Below are positions 10,505 to 21,798 of a stretch of 64,000 nucleotides of DNA, piece by piece. Position 1 is the first letter of the stretch. Every line of letters begins with the position of its first letter. The notes under the pieces were generated by a model, which was given only the letters and a program-made list of their open reading frames with translations, ran no database searches and was not told the origin of the DNA. The translations under genes and the position numbers were made by a program. The stretch comes from an uncultured delta proteobacterium (GTDB lineage Bacteria; Myxococcota; Myxococcia; Myxococcales; Myxococcaceae), in assembly GCA_963771175.1 (NCBI GenBank), contig CAVYSY010000021.1, positions 192,001 to 256,000 on the forward strand. The letters run 5' to 3'.

Positions 10505-12223
10505 ATGCGGGGACGTTCATCCCAACACCTTCACGGAACACGGGCCCGCGGTGCGGCACGGGCGCTCCTTCTGGGGACGCTTTTGCTGGCGCTGGGGATG
10601 GGGTGTGCCCGGAGGGCGCCCGAGGGAGCGAGAGTGGAGACGACAGTCTACGTGGCACGGCGGATCCGGACGCTGGACGCGGGGAGGCCGGAGGCCGAGG
10701 CGCTGGCGGTGCGCCAGGGCCGGGTGCTGGCGGTGGGGACGAAGGCCGAGGTGCTCGCGGCCGCGGGCGAGGGCGCGCGGGTGGTGGACTTCGGCAACGC
10801 GGTGGTGGTGCCCGGACTGGTGGACGCGCACGCGCACCTCGCGGGACTCGGTCGGAGCCTGACGGTGGCGAGGCTGGAGGGGGCGGGCTCGGTGGACGAG
10901 GTGCTGCGGCGCCTGGCGGATGCTCCGTCGACGAGCTTCCAGGGGGACTGGCTGATCGGAAAGGGGTGGGACCAGAACGGGTGGCCGGGGAAGAGCTTCC
11001 CCGGGCGGGCCGAGCTGGACGCGCGCTTCCCGAGGACGCCGGTGTACCTGACGCGGGTGGACCACCATGCGGCGTGGGTGAATGGCGAGGCGCTGCGGCG
11101 CGCGGGCATCACTCGTGAAACGCCGGACCCGGCGGGAGGCCGCATCCTGAAGGACGCGAAGGGCGAGCCGACGGGCGTGCTGGTGGACAACGCGATGGAC
11201 CTGGTGGCGCGGGTGGTGTCGCCGCCGACGGACGAGCAGTTGGCGGCGCGGCTCTCGGCGGCGCTGGAGCGGTGCGCGCGGGTGGGGCTGACGGGGGTGC
11301 ACGACGCGGGGATGGACCTGCGGACGTTCCGGCTGCTGCAGGCGTGGGACATGGCGGGGCGGCTGCCGGTGCGGGTGTACGCGATGGCGGACGGGCAGGG
11401 GGAGGAGCGGCACACGTACCTGGAGCTGGGGACGTACGGCGGGCGGATGCTGGAGATGAAGGCGGTGAAGTTCCTGCTGGACGGGGCGCTGGGCTCGCGA
11501 GGGGCGGCGCTGCACGAGTCCTACAGCGACGCGCCGGGGGAGACGGGGCTGCTGCTGATGGAGCCGGAGGAGCTGGAGGCGAGGGCGCTGGCCTTCATGC
11601 AGAGGGGCTTCCAGGTGTGCATCCACGCGATTGGAGACCGGGCGAACACGGGGGTGGTGGACACGCTGATTCGAGCGTCGGCGGCGACGGGGACGAAGGC
11701 GCTGCGGCACCGGGTGGAGCACGCCCAGATTTTGCGGCCCGAGGACATCCAGAAGCTGGGGGAGGCGGGGCTGGTGGCGAGCGTGCAGCCGACGCACGCG
11801 ACGAGCGACATGGGGTGGGCGGAGGCGCGACTGGGGGCGGAGCGGCTGAAGGGCGCGTACGCGTGGAGGAGCCTGAAGGAGGCGGGGGCGGTGCTGGCGC
11901 TGGGGAGCGACTTCCCCATCGAGAACCCGGACGTGCTGGCGGGGCTGTACGCGGCGAGGACGCGTCAGGACGCGGCGGGGAAGCCGGAGGGCGGCTGGCA
12001 GCCCCAGGAGCGACTGACGGGGCAGGAGGCGCTGGAGGGCTTCACGGTGGGGCCGGCGTGGGCGTCGTTCGCGGAGGCGCGGCGGGGGCGGCTGGTGGAG
12101 GGGATGGACGCGGACTTCACGGTGCTGTCGGTGGACCCGGTGTCGGACGAGGCGAGGGCCCTGGTGGACGCGACGGTGGTGGCCACGGTGGTGGCGGGCC
12201 GGGAAGTCCACCGGGCCCACTGA
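10505..12223 (+). CDS. Amidohydrolase-3 (YtcJ-like) family, probably lipoprotein
   Basis: PGLVDAHAH, HAIGDRAN, RVEHAQ, GSDFP metal motifs; LGMGC lipobox-like; start approximate. Confidence 0.92.
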   Translation: MRGRSSQHLHGTRARGAARALLLGTLLLALGMGCARRAPEGARVETTVYVARRIRTLDAGRPEAEALAVRQGRVLAVGTKAEVLAAAGEGARVVDFGNAVVVPGLVDAHAHLAGLGRSLTVARLEGAGSVDEVLRRLADAPSTSFQGDWLIGKGWDQNGWPGKSFPGRAELDARFPRTPVYLTRVDHHAAWVNGEALRRAGITRETPDPAGGRILKDAKGEPTGVLVDNAMDLVARVVSPPTDEQLAARLSAALERCARVGLTGVHDAGMDLRTFRLLQAWDMAGRLPVRVYAMADGQGEERHTYLELGTYGGRMLEMKAVKFLLDGALGSRGAALHESYSDAPGETGLLLMEPEELEARALAFMQRGFQVCIHAIGDRANTGVVDTLIRASAATGTKALRHRVEHAQILRPEDIQKLGEAGLVASVQPTHATSDMGWAEARLGAERLKGAYAWRSLKEAGAVLALGSDFPIENPDVLAGLYAARTRQDAAGKPEGGWQPQERLTGQEALEGFTVGPAWASFAEARRGRLVEGMDADFTVLSVDPVSDEARALVDATVVATVVAGREVHRAH

Positions 12224-12244
12224 ACCGCCTCTGCTGCGGGTCTG

Positions 12245-13144
12245 CTACCCGAACAGCCGGGAGCGAGCGGTCTCGGCGATGGCCACGACCGCGGGATGCC
12301 GGAGCCGTCGCTCGACGGAGATGGCGTAGAAGCACGTCTCGATGTCGTCGGTGCGCCCGATGACGGAGACGGCGAACTGACGGCAGACCTCGGCCTCGAT
12401 GACGGAGGGGGCGGGGAAGACGCCGTGACCCCGGTGGCCGAAGGCCTTCAGCAGTGCGCTGTCATCGAAGTCGCCGACGATGAGCGGGTGGACGCGCTGG
12501 GCGTCGAACCAGATCTCCAGCGAGCGGCGCATGGAGGAGGCCTCGGAGGGGAGGAGGACGGGGGCGCCATCGAGCGAACGGGGGAAACCCCGGCTGAGGT
12601 GAGCCAGCTTGGGAGCGGCGAAGAAGGAGACGCCGCACTTGCCGAGCAGGTGATTGAAGGCGCGGATGCTGACGGGCTCGGAGGAGGGGGCGTCGGCGAG
12701 GACGACGTCGAGCTCGTGGAGGGCGAGGGAGGCGAGGAGCTGGGGGAGGGGGCCTTCGCGGCAGGTGATGCGGATGTCGGGGGAGGTGTCGAAGGCGGGC
12801 TGGAGGAGGCGCTCGGCGACGAGCTTGGGGATGACGTCGGTGACGCCGACGGCGAGGCGGAGCTGCTGGCCGGAGGAGGGGAGGCCGCTGACGACGTTCT
12901 TCAGCTCGTTGCCGAGGCGGAAGATGTCCTCGGCGTAGCGGAGGACGGTGCGGCCGACGTCGGTGAGGACGAGGCGGCGGCCCTGTCGCTCGAAGAGCTT
13001 GTGGCCGAGCGACTCCTCGAGGAGCTTGAGCTGGGCGCTGATGGTGGGCTGGGCGAGGTGGAGTTCCTGGCTGGCCTTGGCGATGGAGCCGGCGCGGGCG
13101 ACGGTCCAGAAGTAGAGGAGGTGGTGGTAGTTGAGCCAGCTCAC
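12245..13144 (-). CDS. nhaR: LysR-type transcriptional activator, NhaR-like
   Basis: WLNYHHLLYFWTVARAGSI N-terminus, FDDSALLKAFG, FYAISVERRLRHPAV; GTG at 13144. Confidence 0.88.
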   Translation of the reverse strand: MSWLNYHHLLYFWTVARAGSIAKASQELHLAQPTISAQLKLLEESLGHKLFERQGRRLVLTDVGRTVLRYAEDIFRLGNELKNVVSGLPSSGQQLRLAVGVTDVIPKLVAERLLQPAFDTSPDIRITCREGPLPQLLASLALHELDVVLADAPSSEPVSIRAFNHLLGKCGVSFFAAPKLAHLSRGFPRSLDGAPVLLPSEASSMRRSLEIWFDAQRVHPLIVGDFDDSALLKAFGHRGHGVFPAPSVIEAEVCRQFAVSVIGRTDDIETCFYAISVERRLRHPAVVAIAETARSRLFG

Positions 13145-13343
13145 GCGAGGGACTCCGGGAAGGCGACCAGGGATGTAACGGAAACGTACGGGTGGTGCGT
13201 GCCGGAAGGGCAGGAGGGCAGCCGGGCGTGCGGGTGGAGAGGAGGAAGGGGAGGAAGTGGAGTGGAGTTGAAGAAGCAACTTGACGCGAGGGCCGAGTCC
13301 CCGTAAATCGCCGTTACTTCGAGCGGTTGAGCAACGCAGAAAC

Positions 13344-13416
13344 GCCCAGGTAGCTCAGTCGGTAGAGCAGGGGACTGAAAATCCCCGTGTCGGTGGTTCG
13401 ATTCCGCCCCTGGGCA
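13344..13416 (+). tRNA. tRNA-Phe (GAA), CCA not encoded
   Basis: GCCCAGG/CCTGGGC acceptor stem, D-arm AGCTCAGTCGGTAGAGC, anticodon loop CTGAAAA, T-loop GGTTCGATTCC. Confidence 0.98.
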
Positions 13417-13442
13417 CTTCCCAAAGAGTTCGCAGCAAGCCG

Positions 13443-13478
13443 AGGCCGATACGCATCCCGTATCGGCCTTTTGCTTTT
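13443..13478 (+). terminator. Rho-independent terminator after tRNA-Phe
   Basis: AGGCCGATACG-CATCC-CGTATCGGCCT perfect 11-bp stem followed by a T-rich tract. Confidence 0.88.
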
Positions 13479-13495
13479 GGCTGCTGGCCTTGACC

Positions 13496-16400
13496 TCAGC
13501 GCTCCATCGCACGCAGGAGGCACAGGGCCCAATTGGTATCAATCCACCGGGTCGAGCCCTTCGGCGTTCCTTCCAGGTAGCGGAGTCGGTTCACCCGCGC
13601 CTCATCCAAGATGCTCCCCGTGCTGCGCGCGTCGTCGCGAGCGAGGAGCGCCCAAGCGACGTCGGTCAGGGAGACCGTTCGTTCCTCGAAGCCACCTTCG
13701 CCGCCATCAATGCGCACGCCTCCTTCGGAAGCGATGCCTACGATGCGACAGCGCTTGCCGTCCTCCTCGATGGTGCGGCCAATGGGATGGGTGCTCAGCA
13801 GGTTCTTGACCTGCTCCGAGGCTCGTTCGAGCGCTCCCTCGGGAAGTCTGCGGGAGCTTCGACGTCCGTGCCCGAGTGCTCGCCAGGTGGCGTAATCCAC
13901 CGGCTCTGAGAGTGCCCAGCGGTCCTCTTCCTCCAGCCAGCGCGCCACGCCGTCATACCTCCAGGGCTCCTCTGGCGAGAGCCGGGTCAGCACGAAGGCC
14001 GTTTCCGCCGGGCGGCGATCCTCGATGCGCAGCTTCAGGCAATCGGGCTCGGTGAGGAGTCCCTTCTCGGTCACGCAGAGGAAGAGGTGGCCCGTGTGGC
14101 GCCCGGTCCTTGGCGGTGCGGTGAGTCCAAAGGCCTTGATGACGTCCTCCTCCGTCATTCGCTCGCCCACGGCGGGTCCTAGTCGTTCAGGCTGAATCAC
14201 CTCCACGAGCTGTGCGATGGGGACCACGTCCTCAGTCGTCTCGAAGGACGGCCGCGACGGATTGTCGGAGCGCAGAATCCATCGGCCCTTCTCTCGCACG
14301 ACCCGCTTCACCTGGTACCCGTAGCCGGCCGAGTCCGGCACCTGCACGAGCGCCACCTTTCCCTCGACCACTCCGATGCCGGCTGCTCGCGCGTAACGCA
14401 TCACGAGCCAATCCCCATCCCGAATCGGACGCTCGCCTCCATCCATGGAGTCGCCGGACGCACGTACCGCGAACAGTCCCGCGTCACTTGCCTGGACTGG
14501 CAGGCTCACCCGCTCCGCTTCGGGCGCGCCCTCTAGCGCGATCGTGTGGGTTGCCGCACCCGCCGCGGCACGCAGGCTCGGGAAGGCCACGAGGGTTCCC
14601 CGGCGGGGCAGGGGAATGACTTCCGCATCCACGGGAGCTACCCACCACCCATCCGGGCCTGGTGTGAAGCGCACCCGGAAGGCCGTGCCCGGTTTGCCAG
14701 CTCCAGGACCGAACCAACGCCGCATCAGATCTGGCAGGGCATTGCGGTCCGTTCCCACCGGCCGGGCCACGTTGCAGAACTCCTTCATCAACCGGAAGCG
14801 CCAGGCGACTGCCATCCGGGAGTCGCACATCCAGCTCACCCCGAGGCAGGTCTGGCCTCTTGAGCCGATCTGGCAACTTGAGGATGGGGTCGCGCTTGTT
14901 CGAGAGGACCTTGGTTTCGAAGGCCGCACCTGGAGCTTCCGTGCGTTGCCCGAGCGCGGTATTGCGCGAGGCGGTAGTCCACCAGCTCCCGGGTGAGCTC
15001 CAGGAATGCCTCTTGCGCGTCCTCCGGAATCGGCAGGCGCGGAGATGAAGCGGTCTCCGTCCACGCGGAACCACGGGCTTCCCGTCCACGCCTGGATCGG
15101 GTTTTCCTTCCAGTAGGCGAGAAAGCGTTTCGGCTTCGGGTTGCGTCGTAGTCTCCCAGTGCCTTGACTCCCTCCAGGTCCCTCAGCAGCTCCGGAGAAC
15201 GGCGCAGGAGGGCGAGGCTGCGCTCGGCCAGCTCCGGGAGTGACAGTCCTTCTTCCCAGCCCCGGCTTCGAGCAGCGCCTCCAGAAGGACCATCTTGAAG
15301 CTCTTGCTCATCTGCGTGGTCTCGAGCTCCTCGAACCATGCGGCTCCCGCCTCCTGCGCATGGGTCTCCTTCGCTGTCAGGTCTCCTTCGCGCTGCACGA
15401 ACCGCAGCCAGCCTCCGTGTGCCTCGCGCAGTGTCGCCGGGCGGTAACCCAGCCGGTACATCTCGCCCGCAGTGGGTCGCCGTCCCCAGGCCTCCCGCAG
15501 CTCGCGGTACACCCGCTCCACCTCGCTGCGCTCCGCTCGGCAGCAGCTTCGCCAGCAGGTTCTTCGCCTCCAGCTCCACCTGCATCGAGCAGCCCGGTGG
15601 CAGCTCGGGCTCCATGCCCTCCACGAGGAAGTCTCGCAGCGACAGTTGCTCGCTCCTGTCCGTCAGTGCCAGCAGCGCGCGCACGCGGTCCAGGAACACC
15701 CGGTGGTTGCCCACGAAGTCGATGACCGTGACAGCCGCCTTCGTCTCGGCTTTGCGCAGCCCGCGCCCGAGCTGCTGCAGGAACACCACCGGCGACTCCG
15801 TGGGACGCAGCATCACCACCCGGTCCACGCTCGGGACGTCCACGCCCTCGTTGAAGAGGTCCACCGCGCAGACCGCGTCCAGCTCGCCGCTCGCCAGCTT
15901 CCTCAGTGCCTCGGCCCGGTCATCCGTTCCGGGGGCCGAGTGAACCGCGACCACCCGGACACCCTGGGCCTTCAGCCAGCCCTCTCACGTACTCCGCGTG
16001 CGCCACCGAGCAGCAGAAGACCAGCGTGCGCGTCGCGCGATGCGCCTCCCACGCCGTCCACATCCGCTGCATGCGCGCTTCCGTCTGCACCGCCTCCGCG
16101 AGCCTCTCCGGGTCGAAGCGCCGGTTGCGCCAGGGGATGTTCTCGTACGCCACGTCGTCCTTCAGCCCGTGGTACGCGAACGGCACCAGCAGCCCGCGCG
16201 CGATGCCCTCGCCCACGTCCGCCCGGTAGGCGAGGTGGTCGTCGAACAGGCCCAGCACGTCGCCCTCGTCCGCGCGCTCCGGCGTCGCCGTCAGCCCGAG
16301 CAGGAACGCGGGTTTCAGGCGCCCCAGGATGGCCCGGTAGCTCGCCGCCGCGGCGTGATGCACCTCGTCCACCACCACGTAGTCGAAGGGCGCCACCTCC

Positions 16401-17752
16401 CGGAGGCTGGCGAGCGCTCTCGGGTCGCGACAGCTTCTGCACCGAGGCGAAGACCACGTCTCCGGCGAGGCTCGACCGCTCCGCGACGAACCAGCCGAAG
16501 CGCGATTCGGGGAACTGCCGCCGGAACGTCTCCGCCGCCTGGGTCAGCAGCTCCGCCCGGTGTGCGAGGAACAGCACCCGCGCTCGTCGGCCCAGCGTCT
16601 GCTCGAAGGCCTCCACGTCGAGTGCCGCCAGCAGCGTCTTTCCCAGACCCGTCGCCAGCACCACCAGGGCTCGCTGGCGCCCCTCGTCCCGGCTGCGTGC
16701 CAGTGCCGCGAGCGCCTCCCGCTGAACCTCGTGCGGCTGGCGCGGCGGCTCGCACGGGCTCCGCTTCCGCCTCCCCGGACGGCAGGGGACGGGCCACCTG
16801 TCGCGCTCGGGCTTCGTATCGCTCGACCCAGGCCGCGTCGAAGCGTCAGGGCCCTCGTCCACCAGCCCTCGAAGGCGTCCACCACGTCCTGGTACGCCGC
16901 GTGGGTCGCTGTCTCGCTCGACGCGCAGGTTCCACTCCACGCCCGTCCGCAGCGCCGCGTGCGACACGTTGCTCGAACCGACGAAGGCCGCCGCCAGCCC
17001 CACTCCCTCGAAGCGCCAGGACTTCGGGTGGAAGGAGCGTCCCAGCCTCTCCGTTTCCACCACGCGCGCCTCGAAGGTTCCCCGAGAGGCTCGGGGTTGC
17101 TCCTCGTCCTCCTCGCGCCGGGCTTCGCTCTCATCCATCCAGTCGAGCAGCCGCCTCAGCGCCGCCGCCTGGGTGATGGCCAGGTAGTCCCCGGTGAGGA
17201 TGCGCACCCGCGCGCCTCGGGCCAGCGCCGCCTCCACCGATTCGCGCAGCACCTCGAGCCCGCTGTCCTGCACGAAGGCCGCCAGCACCGCCACGTCCGG
17301 GGCCCGCGCGAACAGGGGCTCCAGGTGCCGCAGGAATGGGTCCTCCAGGCCTCCCGTGGCCAGCGGTTTCGCCGAGGTCGCGAGGTAGTTGCCCTTCCCT
17401 GGAATCACGTGACGTACGCCGCCCCGCGGGTCCGCCATGTCTCCTCGGAAGCGCGGGAATCACGTGCACGTGCAGGTGGAACACCGTCTGTCCCGCCGCC
17501 TCGCCCACGTTGAAGCCGACGTTGTACCCGTCCGGCCGGTGGCTCTCGTCCAGCCCGCGTTTCACCTGCGTCCACCAGCTCGAAGAGGGCCCGCTGCTCC
17601 TCCGGCGTGGCCTCGAACCATGTGGCCACCGGTCGGCGCGGAATCACCAGGGTGTGCCCCGGGCTCACCGGGTAGCGGTCGCGGATGGCGAAGGCCAGCG
17701 CGTTGGATGCTACCCACTCGGACTCGGGTACCTTCAGGAAGGGGGAACTCAC
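13496..17752 (-). CDS. HIT + PLD nuclease + SF2 helicase + S24 peptidase-like + DUF3427-like protein (SauUSI-like type IV restriction candidate), multiply frameshifted
   Basis: Across successive frames: RYPVSPGHTLVIPRR and FHLHVHVIP (HIT); FHPKSW...FVGSSNVS (PLD); VLATGLGKT, VVDEVHH, LTATPER, DLFNEGVDVP, QQLGRGLR (helicase); VRASGDSMDGG...VKRV (S24). Confidence 0.8.
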
Positions 17753-18028
17753 GCGCGCACCGTACCCCACGCGGCTCGTCCTTCAGAGCCACCGCAGCAG
17801 GTCTCTTCATGATGTGGCGGAGGTCTTGCGTGGCTCGCTTTCCCCGCCGGAGCGGCCCGTCTACCCTGCCCGAGCAATTCATCTTGGGAGGTGGGGCCCT
17901 CAAGACCTTCCTCGAGAAGCTGGACGGCGTCGTCTACTGACGAGACCTGCGCGGTCTGTACGACGGCGGACGTCGACTCGCGGAGGTGACTTTCCAAGTC
18001 ACACCCCGGGATGCATCCTCCGGTCGTC

Positions 18029-18503
18029 ATGAGTACCTACCAATATTACGAGTTCCAGGCCGTGGACCGGGCGCTCACTCCCGCCGAGCAGGACGCGCTG
18101 CGCAAGCTGTCCACCCGTGCGGACATCACCTCGTCCCGCTTCGTCAACGTCTACAACTATGGGGACTTCAAGGGCGACCCGGACCGCTTGATGGAGCGGT
18201 ACTTCGATATCTTCGTCTACATGGCCAAAGGACGCGCTCCTCCTGCGCGTCATGCAGGGCCCGGAGCCCCTGCTGGCGGCGGAGCTGCTTCGCCGCTTCC
18301 AGGAGGCCCGACCCCGTGAGCGGGGCGCCCAGGCCGCCGACGCCCGGCGCACGGTGGGGGAGCTCCGGGCCGAGGCCGAGGTGCTCGAGGCCGAGCGCTC
18401 GCGGCGTCAGTCGAAGAAGGAGGCACGGGCGCGGGCCCGCGAGCTCGAGGCGCTCGCGGCGCGTGAAGGAGAGGCCTGGCTCGAGGTCCTCGGGACGGTC
18501 TGA
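18029..18503 (+). pseudogene. Internally deleted remnant of a conserved hypothetical protein
   Basis: MSTYQYYEFQAVDRALT...YGDFKGDP...RYFD N-terminus switches frame near 18230 into a RRTVGELRAEAE coiled-coil segment and stops early. Confidence 0.6.
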
Positions 18504-18666
18504 CGGAATCCACGCTCAGTGTGAGCGGGTAGACCCTCGTCCCCGTGCCGGCCGGGTTGCTTCGTGACATCGGACGTGGTGGGACGGCCTCCTTCCGGTA
18601 CATTGCACCCGCCAGGGTCCCCACCCCTGGAGCATCGAGGCAGGAAGTACGAGGCAGGGGAGTACC

Positions 18667-20316
18667 ATGAAGCCACTGGTGGAAGAGACGGACGTGCTCA
18701 TCGTCGGCTGCGGCCCGGTGGGTGCGCTCACAGCCAACCTCCTGGGTCTGTACGGGGTTCGCACGCTCGTCCTCGAGCGAGAACTCACCCAGCACAGCCA
18801 GCCTCGCGCCATCACCTGTGACGACGAGGCCATGCGCATCTACCAGGCCGTGGGTCTCGCCGACGTCCTCGAACCCCACATGTACACCGCCCCCGAGGTG
18901 GAGTTCACCGGCACCACCGGCGAGCTCTTCGCCCGCATCACCGTCCAGGGGCTCGACTTCGGCTACGGCTTCCCCGTCCTCCGCTTCTTCAGCCAGCCCT
19001 ACCTCGAGACCGTGCTGCGCCAGGGGCTCTCTCGCTTCCCCCACGTCGAGCTGCGGCTCGGCCAGCACGTCGAGGCCTACACCCAGGACGCCCAGGGCAT
19101 CTCCGTCACCGTCCGCGATGTCCGCGACAACAGCGAGCGCACCGTGCGCGCCCGCTATGTCCTGGCCTGCGACGGTGGTCGCAGCATCCTGCGCCAGCTC
19201 GCCGGAATCGAAATGGTGGGCGCCACCTACGACGAGGGAATGATTGCCATCTCCCTCCGCCTTCCCGAGCCGCCTCCGCCCCTGTGCCGCATGGTGTGCG
19301 ACCCCTTCCGCCACATCTTCGTCGCCCGCTGCGCCGACAACGAGATGCGCATCGAGTGCATGATTCGCGAGGACGAGAAGCCCGAGGACCTGCTCCGGCC
19401 CGAGTGCCTCCGTGAGTTCATCTCCCCCTACGTGGATCCGGACCGCGCCACCATCCTCCGCGCCGCCGCCTACATCTTCAACCGCCGCCTGGCCTCGCGC
19501 TGGCGCGACGGGCGGCTCTTCCTCCTTGGCGACGCCGCCCACCTCATGCCGCCCGTCCTGGGCCAGGGGCTCTGCTCCGGCCTGCGCGATGCCCACAACC
19601 TCGCCTGGAAGCTGGCGGCCGTCCTTCGCGGCCAGGCCGACGAGCCGCTCCTCGACACCTATGAGCTGGAGCGCCGCCCCCACGCCCAGGCGATGCTCGA
19701 CGCCAGCGTGAACATGGGCCGCATCGTCCTCACTGGCGTCCGCCCGATCGCCGTCCTGCGCGACCACCTCATCCGGGCGATCGACCGCATCCCGCGCGTG
19801 CATCGCTTCATCCAGAACTTCGAGTTCAAGCCCCGGCCTCTCATCGCCCGCGGTTTCATGTTGGGGGGCTCCCGCGGCCACCGCCAGGCTCCCGAGGGGA
19901 CGTACTTCCCCCAGCCTCGCGTGGGCGCGCCGGGCGGCGGCGTGGTGCGGCTCGATGAGCTCCTGGGTCCCGGCTTCGCGGTGCTCGTCCACCCCCACAC
20001 CCGCGAGGTCTCCCTCCGCGCCGCCCAGGCGCTCGCCGAGAGCCTCGGTGCCCGCTGCCTGCGCATCATCCCGCCGCGCTCCGGTCAGGCCCATCCCGGC
20101 GAGGTGGTGGATCTCGAGGGCAAGCTCGACGCGTGGTTCCGCGAGCACCGGGTGGAGATCGCCGTCCTCCGTCCGGACCGCTACCTCTTCGGCGCGGTGC
20201 GGGGCTCGCACCTCGCCTGGCTCGCCGCGGCACTGCGGGGGTGGATCCACTCGCCCCTCCGTCTGGAGGCGACCGACTTCGAGTCCGGTGGTGCGTTCAG
20301 CTCCCCGGCGGTCTGA
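18667..20316 (+). CDS. FAD-dependent monooxygenase, MhpA/PheA-like aromatic hydroxylase family
   Basis: VGCGPVG, ACDGGRS, LLGDAAHLMPPVLGQGLCSGLRDAHNLAWKL, LRPDRY. Confidence 0.92.
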   Translation: MKPLVEETDVLIVGCGPVGALTANLLGLYGVRTLVLERELTQHSQPRAITCDDEAMRIYQAVGLADVLEPHMYTAPEVEFTGTTGELFARITVQGLDFGYGFPVLRFFSQPYLETVLRQGLSRFPHVELRLGQHVEAYTQDAQGISVTVRDVRDNSERTVRARYVLACDGGRSILRQLAGIEMVGATYDEGMIAISLRLPEPPPPLCRMVCDPFRHIFVARCADNEMRIECMIREDEKPEDLLRPECLREFISPYVDPDRATILRAAAYIFNRRLASRWRDGRLFLLGDAAHLMPPVLGQGLCSGLRDAHNLAWKLAAVLRGQADEPLLDTYELERRPHAQAMLDASVNMGRIVLTGVRPIAVLRDHLIRAIDRIPRVHRFIQNFEFKPRPLIARGFMLGGSRGHRQAPEGTYFPQPRVGAPGGGVVRLDELLGPGFAVLVHPHTREVSLRAAQALAESLGARCLRIIPPRSGQAHPGEVVDLEGKLDAWFREHRVEIAVLRPDRYLFGAVRGSHLAWLAAALRGWIHSPLRLEATDFESGGAFSSPAV

Positions 20317-20391
20317 GGGCGGGGCGAGCCCTCGGGGGAATATCCAGGTGCTCCACCCGTTGGGTGGGGCCTTCGAGCCAAGGGAGTGCGG

Positions 20392-21798
20392 ATGCTCAGA
20401 CAGAAGTTGCTCGTCACGGGATTGGTGCTGCTGGCGGGGACGGCCGCGTGTGCCCAGGGTCGGTCCGCGCGGGCCGAGACGGCCATCGCCACCGCCGCGT
20501 CCAAGCCCGGCGCGGACGTGCGGACGAAGACGCTGAAGAACGGCTTGAAGGTCATCGTCTGGCCGGACCACGGACATCCCCAACGTCGCGCTCTACAACT
20601 GGTTCCGCGTGGGCAGCCGCAACGAGCGCCCCGGCATCACCGGGCTCTCCCACTTCTTCGAGCACATGATGTTCAACGGCGCGAAGAAGTACGGCCCCGG
20701 GCGAGTTCGACCGCGTGCATGGAGGCCGCACGGCGGCCGCAACAACGCCTACACCACCGAGGACGTCACCGTGTACCAGGACTGGTTCCCGCGCTCGGCG
20801 CTGGAGACCGTCTTCGACCTGGAGGCGGACCGCATCGGCCACCTCGCCATCGACCCCAAGGTCGTGGAGAGCGAGCGCGGCGTCGTCTACTCGGAGCGCC
20901 GCTCCACCGTGGACAACGACAACACGCGGCCTGCTCATGGAGCAGGTGCAGGCCACCGCCTTCGTCGCGCACCCCTACCAGATTCCCGGTCATCGGCTGG
21001 CCCAGCGACATCGAGCGCTGGACGCAGGAGGACCTCGAGAGCGCTACTTCCGCACCTACTACGCGCCCAACAACGCCACGCTCATCGTGGCGGGCGCCGT
21101 GACGCCCGAGGAGATCTTCGCGCTCGCGGAGAAGTACCTCGAGCCCATCCCCGCGCAGCCCGCCGCCCGAGCCGGTGCGCACCGTGGAGCCGCCGCAGCA
21201 GGGCGAGCGCCGCGTCGTGGTGCGCAAGGCGGCGCAGGCGCCGCTGCTGCAGATGGCCTTCCACGGCCTCAAGGCGCAGTGACGTGGACGCCGACGCGCT
21301 CGACCTGCTGGTGCGCATCCTCACGGACGGAGACTCCTCTCGCCTGCACCGCGCGGCTGGTGGAGGAGACGCAGGTGGCCATCAGCGTGCGCGGCGTACC
21401 TGGACGCGGGCTTCGACCCCTCGCTCACCTGGATGCTGGTGGACCTGCCGCCCGGGGGCGACCTGGGCAAGGCGGAGTCGCTGCTCGACGAGGAGCTGGC
21501 GAAGGTGGTGTCCAGGAGGGCGTCACCGACGCGGAGCTGCGCAAGGCGAAGAACATCGTCGTGGCGGACTTCTGGCGCCACCTGGAGACCAACAGCGGCC
21601 GCGCGCAGGCGCTGGGCACCTACGAGGTGTTCCACGGCGACTGGACAGAAGCTCTTCGACGCCCCCGCCCGCTACGAGGCGGTGACGCGCGAGCAGGTGC
21701 AGAAGGTGGCCGCGAGGTGTTCTCGCGCGAACAACCGCACGGTGGGCGTGCTGGTGCCCGAGGCTGGCGACGAGGCGAAGAAGGAGGCGGCGCGATGA
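20392..21798 (+). CDS. M16 (pitrilysin-like) zinc peptidase, catalytic subunit, multiply frameshifted
   Basis: [31 protein letters not shown] (HxxEH), [13 protein letters not shown] spread over three frames. Confidence 0.85.

Noticed and set aside
13281..13309. TTGACG-17-TAAATC promoter for tRNA-Phe
   Set aside because: Plausible, but the -10 match is weak, so it is not listed as a feature
13417..18660. Intact prophage or integrative element at tRNA-Phe
   Set aside because: No integrase and no duplicated tRNA 3' end found by eye
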